This document shows positions 1-9,004 of a DNA stretch of 64,000 bases, one piece after another. Positions within the stretch are counted from its first letter, which is position 1, and each line of letters starts with the position of its first letter. Origin of the DNA: Oceanicaulis sp. (GTDB lineage: Bacteria; Pseudomonadota; Alphaproteobacteria; Caulobacterales; Maricaulaceae); the NCBI GenBank assembly GCA_965229795.1, contig CBDDJM010000001.1, positions 958,630 to 1,022,629 of the forward strand. The letters are read 5' to 3'. Position numbers and translations under genes: made by a program. Below the pieces are notes generated by a model that was given only the letters and a program-made list of their open reading frames with translations, was not told where the DNA came from and searched no databases.

Positions 1-518
1 AGGGCTCGACCTTCTGGTTTGAGGTTCCGCTAAAAATTGCGATCGAGGCCAAGCCTGAGACCAACGCGACCACGGCTGCAAGCCCGGCTCCAGCCCAGCC
101 TGCTGCTGAGAGCCCGCGCATCCTGCTCGCTGAGGACAATGCCACCAATCAGGAGGTCATTAGTGGCTTTCTGAAATTCCGAGGCTGGACCTGCGACATC
201 GCCAATGATGGCCTGGAGGCGGTGGACGCCTTCAAGATGGGTAATTTCGACCTTGTTCTGATGGACGTACAAATGCCGGGCATGGACGGGTTTGCAGCCA
301 GCCGCGCCATCCGCCAGAGCGGTCGTGCAGGTGAAGCCACGCCCATCATCGCCCTTACCGCGAACGCTATGCGTAGCGACAAGGAGCGCTGCTTGAATGC
401 GGGCATGGATGGCTATGTTGCCAAACCTATCGACCGCAAGAAGTTTTTTGAGGAAATGGATCGTTGGCTTGAGAGCGGGCGCGAAATTGCCCAAGGCGAT
501 CAAGCCAAAACTGGCTAG
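1..518 (+). CDS. hybrid sensor histidine kinase, 3' part with canonical receiver domain (5' end outside window)
   Basis: The frame is open from the window edge. The translation starts GSTFWFEV (end of an HATPase domain) and continues into a canonical receiver with ILLAEDN, DLVLMDVQMPGMDG, IIALTANAM and YVAKPI. Stop at 516-518. Confidence 0.8.
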   Translation, partial: GSTFWFEVPLKIAIEAKPETNATTAASPAPAQPAAESPRILLAEDNATNQEVISGFLKFRGWTCDIANDGLEAVDAFKMGNFDLVLMDVQMPGMDGFAASRAIRQSGRAGEATPIIALTANAMRSDKERCLNAGMDGYVAKPIDRKKFFEEMDRWLESGREIAQGDQAKTG

Positions 519-1657
519 AGCGGTTTATACGTATCGAGCCCGGGTGGCGGGGGCAGCCCCTTGCTAGCAAAAGCGATCACCTTGAACAGCTCACCCATAT
601 CATCGGGTGACACCAATCGGTTCAGCTGGCGCTGAAGCCGGGCAGCGACATCGTCACTGCGGCCTTTGGCCAGTGCAGCAGCGCGCGTTTCAATGCCCAG
701 ACCTTTTAGAAAATCGCCCTGCGCCACCGGACCATAGACATCAAGGCCTGCTGCGACGCCCAGCTCGGCAAAGCTCTCAAAGTCGACCCACGCTGTCAGG
801 TCTGCGCCGCCCGGATCATCGAGCGGATCAACCTTCTGGTGTTTGGCTATGGCCTGCAGCGTGTCGCCCGATTCAGGTGTCGCAGACCCGTAGTCGATAA
901 ACAGCGCATAGCCAGGGGTCGCCTTCAGCCGCTCGGCCAGCGCATCCATCACCGGCGCATCGGCCGGGCGAAGTTCCACCAGACTGCCCTCCGGTTCATC
1001 GCGCAGCGATGGCGCAATCAGCCCCAGATCAGCGTCAGACAAAACTCCACCCAGGACAAAAGCGAACGTCTCAGGATCCTTCGGGTCGAGCCCAACCAGT
1101 CGCTCACGCCACTGGCCGTCAACCTTCACGGCCTGGCGAATGGGCAGGCAGTCGAGAAACTCGTTGGAGACAATCAGGCTCGGCCCATCGGGCATATCAT
1201 CAATCAGCCTGATCCAGCGCGGCTGCACCGGCGCTTTGGCAAGCGTCTGGCCCTGAACCATTTTTAGCGCAGGGCTCGCTTCTACGAGGCTAAGCTCAAT
1301 CGCCTCGACAAAGCCGGGCGCAGCCGCCCCGGCTCGCAGCGCATCGCTCATCATGCGGCCAGTGCCCGGCCCAAGCTCAGCAAGCTGTACCGGATGAGGA
1401 GCACCCATCTGGCCCCAGCACTCAGCGGCCCACAGACCAATAAACTCACCGAACATCTGGCTGATTTCCGGTGCGGTGATGAAATCCTTGTCCGCGCCCA
1501 GCGGGTCCTTTGTGGCGTAGTAGCCTGCCATCGGATCAAACAGCGCTTCAGCCATGAAGGTGGAGACCGGCATCGCCCCCTCGCTGGCAATCCGCGCCAT
1601 CAACTGCGCACGCAATTGCTCGCGCGGGCGGAAATCGTCGTCGAACTGATCGGTCAT
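515..1657 (-). CDS. SAM-dependent methyltransferase, MidA/NDUFAF7 (DUF185) family
   Basis: 380-aa ORF with FITAPEISQMFGEFIGLW and GPGTG motifs laid out as in MidA-like methyltransferases. Its start overlaps the lgt stop by 4 nt. Confidence 0.75.
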   Translation of the reverse strand: MTDQFDDDFRPREQLRAQLMARIASEGAMPVSTFMAEALFDPMAGYYATKDPLGADKDFITAPEISQMFGEFIGLWAAECWGQMGAPHPVQLAELGPGTGRMMSDALRAGAAAPGFVEAIELSLVEASPALKMVQGQTLAKAPVQPRWIRLIDDMPDGPSLIVSNEFLDCLPIRQAVKVDGQWRERLVGLDPKDPETFAFVLGGVLSDADLGLIAPSLRDEPEGSLVELRPADAPVMDALAERLKATPGYALFIDYGSATPESGDTLQAIAKHQKVDPLDDPGGADLTAWVDFESFAELGVAAGLDVYGPVAQGDFLKGLGIETRAAALAKGRSDDVAARLQRQLNRLVSPDDMGELFKVIAFASKGLPPPPGLDTYKPL

Positions 1658-2541
1658 GCAGGCTTTTTAGCTACCGGGTCTGCTTTCAGGGCTCGGTTGA
1701 TGAGATAGGCACCCAGCACGATCATTGGAATGCAGAGCAGCATGCCCATCGTCACATAGCCCTGCAGGGCTTCGGGCATGTGCAGATCCGGCTCACGCAC
1801 CAGCTCCACCAGACCGCGGAACACGCCGTAGCCCGCCAGAAACACGCCAGTGGCCAGGCCTGGGCGGGCGAGTGCCTTGAACCGGTAGACCAGGAAGGCG
1901 AGGATCACGAACAGGACGGCCCCTTCAAGAAATGCTTCGTAAAGCTGGCTGGGATGGCGCAGCTGGCAAGTGGGATCGCCGGCAAAACGCATCGCCCAGG
2001 GCACATCGCTGGCACGCCCCCAAAGCTCGCCATTGATGAAGTTGGCCAGACGCCCAAAGAACAGGCCAATGGGCGTTGCTGTCGCCACAGCATCGGCCAC
2101 ACGCATAAGCGGTGCCTTGTAAGCACGGCTTGTGAAGAAAATCGCCAGCGCCACACCAATCAGGCCGCCGTGAAAGCTCATGCCACCTTCAGTGATGCCG
2201 GTCAGGGCCCACAACGGATTGTCCCAAAGCGGGCTGCGCTCGTCCCACACCGCGTAGAACAGCACATAGCCAAGCCGTCCGCCGCCAATCACACCCAGCA
2301 TGATCCACAGAGCCAGGTCGTCGATGAAGTCTTTCGAGTAGGGTGCAACCTGCGCCTTCTTGGTCACGCCCCACAGATGGTCACGCTGAACCAGACGCTG
2401 AACCCAGTAGAGCCCAAGGAACAGACCGGCGATATAGGCGATCGCATACCATCGGATCGGAAACGGACCGATGCCGAAGAATTCCGGGATCGTCATCAGC
2501 ACCGGATCGATCAGATCGAAGCTTGGAACACACGCTTCCAT
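1654..2541 (-). CDS. lgt: prolipoprotein diacylglyceryl transferase
   Basis: 295-aa polytopic membrane ORF with N-terminal IDPVL...GPFPIRWYAIAYI, GGMSFHGGLIG and FGRLANFINGELWGR, all typical of Lgt. Confidence 0.9.
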   Translation of the reverse strand: MEACVPSFDLIDPVLMTIPEFFGIGPFPIRWYAIAYIAGLFLGLYWVQRLVQRDHLWGVTKKAQVAPYSKDFIDDLALWIMLGVIGGGRLGYVLFYAVWDERSPLWDNPLWALTGITEGGMSFHGGLIGVALAIFFTSRAYKAPLMRVADAVATATPIGLFFGRLANFINGELWGRASDVPWAMRFAGDPTCQLRHPSQLYEAFLEGAVLFVILAFLVYRFKALARPGLATGVFLAGYGVFRGLVELVREPDLHMPEALQGYVTMGMLLCIPMIVLGAYLINRALKADPVAKKPA

Positions 2542-2646
2542 GGCTTTCCTTTAAGGGTTGCGAAACCTGGCACGCAGGAGTCGCGTTGCAAAACACCGGT
2601 CTTAAGACCTATATGAAGCCTTCATAGCAGACCGGACGGTGATGTC

Positions 2647-2970
2647 ATGCAGTCGCGCAGCCCTTTATTTGCCAATATGGCAGACCTTATGACCGATGCC
2701 TTTAGCGCAGCCCAGGCGGCTGGCAATGAGGCGCGCTCGGTATTTCGCGCCCAGGCTGAGCGCATGGCCGCTGAACTGGATCTGGTCAGCCGTGACGAGT
2801 TTGAAGCTTTAAAAGCCCAGGCCGACGCGGCAACGGCAGAAGTGGATGCCCTGAAAGCGCGTCTCGACGCGCTTGAAGCTGCAACAGCGAAAAAGCCTGC
2901 GGCCAAAAAGCCCGCCGCCGCCAAGAAGCCGGCTGCCCGCAAGACTGCGGCAAAAAAGTCATCGGGCTAG
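2647..2970 (+). CDS. UbiK/BMFP (YqiC)-like coiled-coil accessory protein with lysine/alanine-rich tail
   Basis: 107-aa ORF with a short N-terminal region, then the coiled coil SRDEFEALKAQADAATAEVDALKARLDALE as in the UbiK/BMFP family. The C-terminus is KKPAAKKPAAAKKPAARKTAAKK. Confidence 0.6.
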   Translation: MQSRSPLFANMADLMTDAFSAAQAAGNEARSVFRAQAERMAAELDLVSRDEFEALKAQADAATAEVDALKARLDALEAATAKKPAAKKPAAAKKPAARKTAAKKSSG

Positions 2971-3081
2971 CCCACTTGGAATTTGTTATTTGATCACGCT
3001 TGCGCCGGGTGAACGGCGCAGCGTAGCGTTTCCCATGCGTTGCAAACTGAGTCGCAGCGTACAATCGGGGAGAGGACCACC

Positions 3082-3579
3082 ATGGAGCTCAACACCGAAC
3101 AGGTCAGCGATGTGTTTGATCCGCTCGAGGCAATCGAGCAGGCCGTCATTGCAGAGCAATACCCCTATGAGCGCGATGAGCTGGAAGTGCACATGGCTGC
3201 ACCCGGATCCTGGCGCGACCACCAGATCTGGTTCGCCTACCGCCCGGAGCTGGACGTCATCCACATCTGCTCCAGCCTTGAACTGAAGGTTCCTGACAAT
3301 CGCTACCGTGAGGTTTGCGAGCTTGTGGCGCGCCTTAATGAGCGTCTGTGGCTCGGCCATTTCGATATCTGGACCGATGATCAGTCCATCGTCTTTCGTC
3401 ACGCGCTGACGCTTACTGAAGCTGAAAACGTGTCGGTTGCTCAGGCCTCGGCGCTAATCGCAGCGGCGAAAGAAGCCGGTGAGCGACTGTACCCGGCCTT
3501 CCATTATCTTCTATGGAGCGGCAAAAGCCCGGCTGAAGCTGTCGCAGCTGCGATGTTTGATACAGCCGGCGAGGCCTGA
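3082..3579 (+). CDS. YbjN domain-containing protein
   Basis: The ORF track gives 3040-3579. The ATG at 3082 is preceded by GGAGAGGA. The acidic, about 165-aa protein has the layout seen in YbjN-like putative sensory-transduction regulators. Confidence 0.55.
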   Translation: MELNTEQVSDVFDPLEAIEQAVIAEQYPYERDELEVHMAAPGSWRDHQIWFAYRPELDVIHICSSLELKVPDNRYREVCELVARLNERLWLGHFDIWTDDQSIVFRHALTLTEAENVSVAQASALIAAAKEAGERLYPAFHYLLWSGKSPAEAVAAAMFDTAGEA

Positions 3580-3585
3580 GGCACC

Positions 3586-4173
3586 CTACTCGTAGGGCTC
3601 TACCGTGCGGACCACCATCGAGTAGGCCGACGCAGCCAGGTCTGTGTCGACCCGCTCCACATTCATAAGGCCCTCAACCCAGACCGGATGCCAAAGGCTG
3701 GTAAACTGGATCGGCTCGGCTGAACGCAGATAAACGATCTGGTTTGGCGGTGGCGGCGGGTAGTGCACGCACGCGCCATGAAACGGCAACAATAAAAACT
3801 CGCGCGCCTCTCCTTGCTCAGCAAAGTCCAGCGGCAGGATATAGCCAGGCATGCGCGCAATCATGCCATCCAGCTCTTCAACGACATTAAACGTGCCGTT
3901 CTGGTTGGCGATCGGGCTGTTGCCGACAAACTGGTTCATCAGCCCCGGGTCCGCGCGCCCCTCATTGAGCGCTTCCATCGCTTCCAGCTCTTCAGCTGGA
4001 AGCAGATCGCGCCAGACAATCAGCTCCGCCTCAGCGTTGGCATCCACCACGGGCAGGCCGGAGGACATGTCCTCACCAGCTGGATCCGAAGACGGGCCGC
4101 AGGCCGCCATCAACATAACAACACAGCCCGCAACGATTGAATGGGTGGTCGCTTTTACTGGTGACGCAATCAA
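3586..4173 (-). CDS. DUF3299-like lipoprotein
   Basis: 195-aa ORF with signal peptide and lipobox LMAAC. The motif FLLLPFHGACVHYPPPPPNQIVY is characteristic of DUF3299 proteins. Confidence 0.55.
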   Translation of the reverse strand: MIASPVKATTHSIVAGCVVMLMAACGPSSDPAGEDMSSGLPVVDANAEAELIVWRDLLPAEELEAMEALNEGRADPGLMNQFVGNSPIANQNGTFNVVEELDGMIARMPGYILPLDFAEQGEAREFLLLPFHGACVHYPPPPPNQIVYLRSAEPIQFTSLWHPVWVEGLMNVERVDTDLAASAYSMVVRTVEPYE

Positions 4174-4322
4174 TGTCTTCCCCTGAGCCAGTCAGAATTG
4201 GTTTCGAGGAAGATGCGCATTCCAGCCCGTATCTACAAGGTAAATTCTGCGTCCACCCTGTTTTAAGGAGTTTGTGGAAAACTGCCCCATAGACCGCAAA
4301 AATGCGGCACCGGAGGTGGAAT

Positions 4323-6158
4323 ATGGGGTCCGATGCGAAAGCCATCGACACGGTAGCGCGCGAGACACGCGATACGAAACGCTTGCTTGTGGCTCGAAGT
4401 GCAATTCGAGCTGTGCCGTTCAACATCATCAATGCTGTGCTGCTGAGCGTCCTGTTTATCGGGGTGGTTGACCCTTTCGCGCATGCGGGCTGGTTCACGC
4501 TAGTGTGTGGTGCCGCCTTGCTGCGCCTGGCGACCATGTGGCGCGCCAATCGGGCCGATCGCGTACCAACCACACGCGAATTGACTGCCTACACGTTGCT
4601 GTCAGGCTGTGTCGGCACAGGCTGGGGCCTGACCCCGTTCCTGCTTCCAGCTGACGCGCCTTCAATCCTTTTGCAAGCCACCTCCCTCGTCATCGCTGGC
4701 ATGGCAGCTGGTGCCGCCATGACCTCGGCATCTGAGCGGCGCGTGGTGATGGCCTATACGATACCCGCCCTGTTCTTGTGGGCCGCTTCCATTGCCATGA
4801 GTGGCAGCTGGCAGGGTGCCGTAGTTGTGGTTCTGGTGATTGGCTTCTTCTTCGCCATGAACTCGCTGACCACGACCTATGCCGGTACGCTGAATGATGC
4901 AGTGCAAGCCAGCGCTGAACTAAGGGAAGCGCGTAAGGAAACTGAAGCCCAGACCGAAGCCATGCGCCGCCTGGCCGAGCAGAATGATGCTGCCGCACGC
5001 CGCGCTGAAGAGCAGGCCCGCGCCAATGCTGCGGTTCTGGCCAATATGAGCCATGAGCTACGCACGCCATTGAACGGCATGCTTGGCATGACACAGCTGC
5101 TGCAGGAATCGGGACTGGACCATGACCAGGCGCGCCTTGCGACACGCGCGCGTGAATCCGCTGAAACGCTCAACAGCTTGCTCAGCGATGTCCTGGATGT
5201 GGCGCGGATCGAGGCGGGTCGTTTCGATTTGAATATAGGCGATATCACCGCCCGTTCGATGGCTGATCTGACTGACAAGACTCATGGCCGTAAAGCTGCG
5301 GACAAAGGCCTGACATTTGAAGTTCAGGTCACCGGGGACGCAGACCGTGCGCTTCGCGCTGACGAAGCGCGCGTCATGCAGCTGACCCGCGTGCTGGTCA
5401 CCAATGCGCTGCGCTTTACGAACGAAGGCGGCATCACTGTCAGCTTTGCGGCGACCGAGAAGAACCATGACCGCGCAGTCCTGCGTGTCAGCGTGAGCGA
5501 TACCGGAGTCGGTGTTCCCGAAAGCGCGCGCTCCAACCTGTTCGACGCCATGGCCTCACACCGAATGGACTCCAATATTCGCGAGGCCGGTACCGGTCTT
5601 GGCCTGCATCTGGTCAAACGGTTGTCGGCGCTCATGCATGGCGAGGTCGGGTACACGCCCAACGAGAACGGAAGCGGCTCCACCTTCTGGTTTGAGCTGC
5701 AGCTGAAACCTTCCCAGAAGGCTGACAAGTACGCTGACGGCGAACAGATGACCCTGGATGCGCGCCGCCTGCGTATGCTGGTCGCCGAGGAGAATGCGGC
5801 CCGCCATTCGGTGTTGCTGGGCTATCTCAACTCCTTCAATTGCGAAGTGACGGGGATCACGTCGAGCACAGACATGGTCGAAGCCCTGAGCACAGCGGCC
5901 TACGATGTGGTCGTCTTGGGCCTGTCGCTAGCTGATAGCGAGCCGGAGATGGCTGCCGCCGATATTCGCAGCCTGCCCTCGACCGCAGCCATGACCCCCA
6001 TCGTCCGGCTTGATACTACGCTGCCCGACGCGGTTGTGCCGGGCTCCATGGAAACTCTGGTGCGGGCTCCGGTGACAGCCGACGCGCTGCTGACGGCGCT
6101 ACGCTCGGCGCTGGAAGCTGATCCGGCTGCCGTTTCAAACTTGCGCAAGATTGCCTGA
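4323..6158 (+). CDS. hybrid sensor histidine kinase with degenerate C-terminal receiver
   Basis: The ORF track gives 4302-6158. The ATG at 4323 follows GGAGGTGG. Multi-TM N-terminus, H-box SHELRTPLNGMLGM, ATP-binding boxes GTGLGLHLV and GSGSTFWFEL. The C-terminal receiver-like region lacks the acidic pocket and the phospho-Asp. Confidence 0.85.
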   Translation: MGSDAKAIDTVARETRDTKRLLVARSAIRAVPFNIINAVLLSVLFIGVVDPFAHAGWFTLVCGAALLRLATMWRANRADRVPTTRELTAYTLLSGCVGTGWGLTPFLLPADAPSILLQATSLVIAGMAAGAAMTSASERRVVMAYTIPALFLWAASIAMSGSWQGAVVVVLVIGFFFAMNSLTTTYAGTLNDAVQASAELREARKETEAQTEAMRRLAEQNDAAARRAEEQARANAAVLANMSHELRTPLNGMLGMTQLLQESGLDHDQARLATRARESAETLNSLLSDVLDVARIEAGRFDLNIGDITARSMADLTDKTHGRKAADKGLTFEVQVTGDADRALRADEARVMQLTRVLVTNALRFTNEGGITVSFAATEKNHDRAVLRVSVSDTGVGVPESARSNLFDAMASHRMDSNIREAGTGLGLHLVKRLSALMHGEVGYTPNENGSGSTFWFELQLKPSQKADKYADGEQMTLDARRLRMLVAEENAARHSVLLGYLNSFNCEVTGITSSTDMVEALSTAAYDVVVLGLSLADSEPEMAAADIRSLPSTAAMTPIVRLDTTLPDAVVPGSMETLVRAPVTADALLTALRSALEADPAAVSNLRKIA

Positions 6159-6271
6159 GAGCCACAGATTCACACTCAGGATGCGGATGACGGCGCGCGG
6201 CGGGTTTGCCCGACGCGCGCCAGCTGCTATGGAGCCTCGCGTTAACGTTTGCTTGGGGCGGAGTTCCATCC

Positions 6272-7204
6272 ATGAAACTGATGTGCGGCAATGCGAACCG
6301 GCCCCTGGCCCAGGCGATCGCAGACTATCTTGATGCGCCCCTGTCCAACGTGGACATCGAGACCTTCGCCGATGGCGAGCTTTTCGTTCGCATCGATGAG
6401 AATATGCGCGGCGAGGATGTCTTCATCATCCAGTCGACCTCCAAACCGGCCAACGACAATCTGATGGAATTGCTGATCTGCATGGACGCGCTGACCCGCG
6501 CCAGCGCCCGCCGGATCACAGCCGTCATCCCCTATTTCGGTTATGCCCGGCAGGACCGCAAAACCGGTGGCCGCACACCAATCACCGCCAAACTTGTCGC
6601 CAACCTGATCGCAGGTGCTGGCGCGCACCGGGTTCTGACGCTTGATCTGCACGCAGGCCAGATTCAGGGTTTCTTCGATATTCCGACCGACAACCTGTTT
6701 GCGACGCCCGTTTTCGAACAGGACATTCGCGCCCACTACGACGTCAAAGACCTGATGATCGTGTCGCCAGACGTCGGCGGTGTGGTGCGCGCGCGGTCAC
6801 TGGCTGGCCGCCTCGGAGCAGACATCGCCATCGTCGACAAGCGCCGCCCTCGCCCCGGCATGTCCGAGGTGATGAATATCATCGGTGAGGTCGAGGGCCG
6901 CAATTGCATCATCTTCGACGACATCATTGATTCTGGTGGCACGCTGTGTAACGCAGCTGCGGCTCTCAAGGAGCGCGGCGCGAAAGAAGTGTCCGCCTAT
7001 ATCACCCATGGCGTCTTGTCCGGTGAGGCGGTCAAAAAGATCGCCAACTCAGAGATGAAAGAGCTGGTGGTGACCGACTCCATCGACTCCACAAAGAAGC
7101 TCGAAACAGCGACGAATATCCGCTCACGCTCGGTCGCCCCGCTACTGGCTGAAGCGATCCGCCGGATCGCCAACGACGAGTCGGTATCCAAGCTGTTTGA
7201 CTAA
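6272..7204 (+). CDS. prs: ribose-phosphate pyrophosphokinase
   Basis: The ORF track gives 6206-7204. The internal ATG at 6272 yields [20 protein letters not shown], the usual Prs N-terminus. Contains [10 protein letters not shown] and the PRPP loop DDIIDSGGT. Confidence 0.92.
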   Translation: MKLMCGNANRPLAQAIADYLDAPLSNVDIETFADGELFVRIDENMRGEDVFIIQSTSKPANDNLMELLICMDALTRASARRITAVIPYFGYARQDRKTGGRTPITAKLVANLIAGAGAHRVLTLDLHAGQIQGFFDIPTDNLFATPVFEQDIRAHYDVKDLMIVSPDVGGVVRARSLAGRLGADIAIVDKRRPRPGMSEVMNIIGEVEGRNCIIFDDIIDSGGTLCNAAAALKERGAKEVSAYITHGVLSGEAVKKIANSEMKELVVTDSIDSTKKLETATNIRSRSVAPLLAEAIRRIANDESVSKLFD

Positions 7205-7363
7205 GCTGGTATTGAGTCAGCCCTGCGCTTGCACAGGTCTGGTACATCGGCTATACGCCGCAGCTCGAATTTTGCCGTTGTGCGGTTTGCGCGCTCGGCC
7301 ATTGGAGCGCCGCCCGACGAGGCGGCGCCCTTGTTAGACACGTAAGACCTAAGGACCGGCTCG

Positions 7364-8011
7364 ATGAGCGATATTGTTCTCAATGTTGAAGTGCGCGAGC
7401 GCACCGGCAAAGGCGGCGCCCGCCAGGCGCGCCGCGACGGCCTCGTGCCGGGTGTTCTCTATGGTGGCAAACTCGATCCGGTCGCGATCTCCCTGAAGCA
7501 CAACGAGCTTCTCAAGGCGATCAACTCCGGCAAGTTCCTCGCCAATATGATTGAAATTGAACACGACGGTAAGAAACAAAGCGTCTTCACCCGTGACGTT
7601 CAGTTCGATCCGGTCATGGACTTCCCGGTCCATGTCGACTTCCAGCGCGTGGACGAAGACTCCTCGCTGAACGTGGAAGTGTCGGTGAACTTCATGAACG
7701 AAGAAAAGGCTCCGGGCATCAAGCGCGGCGGCGTTCTCAACGTGGTTCGTCACACCGTGGAAGTGATCTGCCCGGCTGGCTCCATTCCTGAGTCGATCGA
7801 CGTCGACGTGGCTGGGATGGACATCGGCGACTCGGTGCACATCTCCGCAGTGACCCTGCCGGACGGTGTGACCCCGGCCATCACCGATCGCGACTTCACC
7901 ATTGCAACGATGCAGGGCTCGCGCGCTGTCATCGAAGCTGAGGGCGAAGAAGCTGAAGGCGGCGAAGAGGCCACCGAAGCTGAAACCGCTGAAGGCGACG
8001 CTGAAGAATAA
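7364..8011 (+). CDS. rplY: 50S ribosomal protein L25/general stress protein Ctc
   Basis: 215-aa ORF with RERTGKGGARQARRDGLVPGVLYG and a two-domain Ctc-type length, plus an acidic C-terminal tail. Confidence 0.9.
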   Translation: MSDIVLNVEVRERTGKGGARQARRDGLVPGVLYGGKLDPVAISLKHNELLKAINSGKFLANMIEIEHDGKKQSVFTRDVQFDPVMDFPVHVDFQRVDEDSSLNVEVSVNFMNEEKAPGIKRGGVLNVVRHTVEVICPAGSIPESIDVDVAGMDIGDSVHISAVTLPDGVTPAITDRDFTIATMQGSRAVIEAEGEEAEGGEEATEAETAEGDAEE

Positions 8012-8044
8012 GATCGTTTGCGCGAAAGCGCCGATCACGCGTTT

Positions 8045-8080
8045 AAAGGCGGCCGGACATCAGTCTGTGCCGCCTTTTTC
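8045..8080 (+). terminator. rho-independent terminator after rplY
   Basis: Stem GGCGGC (8048-8053) pairs with GCCGCC (8069-8074), followed by TTTTT. Confidence 0.55.
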
Positions 8081-8116
8081 GTATCTGGACGAGATATCAT
8101 CTGAAGGCTGAGTGCC

Positions 8117-8704
8117 ATGCAGGTCATTGTTGGACTGGGCAATCCCGGGTCGAAATACGCTGGCAACCGCCATAACGCCGGCTTCATGGCCATGGATGCC
8201 ATCGCTGAGCATTGGCGCTTTGGCCCATGGAAGAAGCGCTTTCAGGGCCAGACTGCTGAAGGGGTCATCGAGACCTTGAGCGGTCCGAAGAAGACGCTCC
8301 TGATCAAGCCTGAGACGTTTTACAATGAAAGCGGTCGCTCGGTCGGCGAAGCCTTGCGCTTCTTCAAGCTGGATGCCGCTGCGCTGACCGTCTTCCATGA
8401 CGAGCTGGACCTGGCACCGGGCAAGTTTCGTCTCAAGACCGGCGGTGGCCATGCGGGTAATAACGGTCTGCGCTCCATCAAGGCCCATGTGGAGGGCGAC
8501 TTCCAGCGCGGCCGGATTGGCATCGGCCACCCTGGCGACAAGAATCGCGTCACCGGCTACGTGCTGTCCGATTTCCCAAAGGCTGATCAGGTCTGGCTCA
8601 CCGACCTGCTGGACGCTATCGCGCGCTCGGCTGACCTTCTGGTCAACGCCGAGATCGACGCCTTCCAGACCAAAGTCACGCATCTCGCCCCGGCACCGGG
8701 CTAG
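8117..8704 (+). CDS. pth: peptidyl-tRNA hydrolase
   Basis: 195-aa ORF with N-terminal VGLGNPGSKYAGNRHNAGF and GHAGNNGLRSI motifs. Confidence 0.92.
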   Translation: MQVIVGLGNPGSKYAGNRHNAGFMAMDAIAEHWRFGPWKKRFQGQTAEGVIETLSGPKKTLLIKPETFYNESGRSVGEALRFFKLDAAALTVFHDELDLAPGKFRLKTGGGHAGNNGLRSIKAHVEGDFQRGRIGIGHPGDKNRVTGYVLSDFPKADQVWLTDLLDAIARSADLLVNAEIDAFQTKVTHLAPAPG

Positions 8705-8813
8705 CGCCCTCTCTTTTTCTATCCTCCCCCGGATCAAGTCCGGGGTGCAGGCGGCGGTTCGCCTTGCGAGCCCGAAGGGCTCGGGTCACTATCGCTACGT
8801 GTTATTTTCTTAA

Positions 8814-8924
8814 ATATCTGAATTCCCGGACGAGCGAAGCGATGATCCGGGACCTGTGTGAGACCGTGGTGCCTGACCGCGATGGAGGCCCCGGCTCTGC
8901 GGCTACGCCTTGGCCGGGGTTTCA
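8814..8924 (+). repeat. MITE/REP-like palindromic element, family 1, copy a
   Basis: Contains the hairpin TCCCGGACGAGCGAAGCGATGATCCGGGA and the second module GGAGGCCCCGG...CTTGGCCGGGGTTTCA. It aligns by eye along its length with 17381-17502 and, inverted, with 15939-16037. Confidence 0.7.
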
Positions 8925-8943
8925 AGCTTGAAGCTATTCACTC

Positions 8944-8976
8944 AAAAAACCGCCCCCTCCGGTCCGGAGGGGGCGG
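8944..8976 (-). terminator. rho-independent terminator after the metalloprotease gene
   Basis: Perfect 11-bp stem CCGCCCCCTCC/GGAGGGGGCGG. The A-run at 8944-8949 gives a T-run on the minus strand, 30 nt downstream of the stop at 9005. Confidence 0.75.
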
Positions 8977-9004
8977 CTCTTTAAAGCTCAGCGTTCGCTG
9001 AAGT

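Noticed and set aside
7307-7328. A GC-rich hairpin, GCGCCGCC-CGACGA-GGCGGCGC, 35 nt upstream of rplY, considered as a possible ribosomal-protein leader.
   Set aside because: It is a single hairpin in GC-rich DNA with no recognisable conserved leader structure. It cannot be told apart from chance without comparative data.
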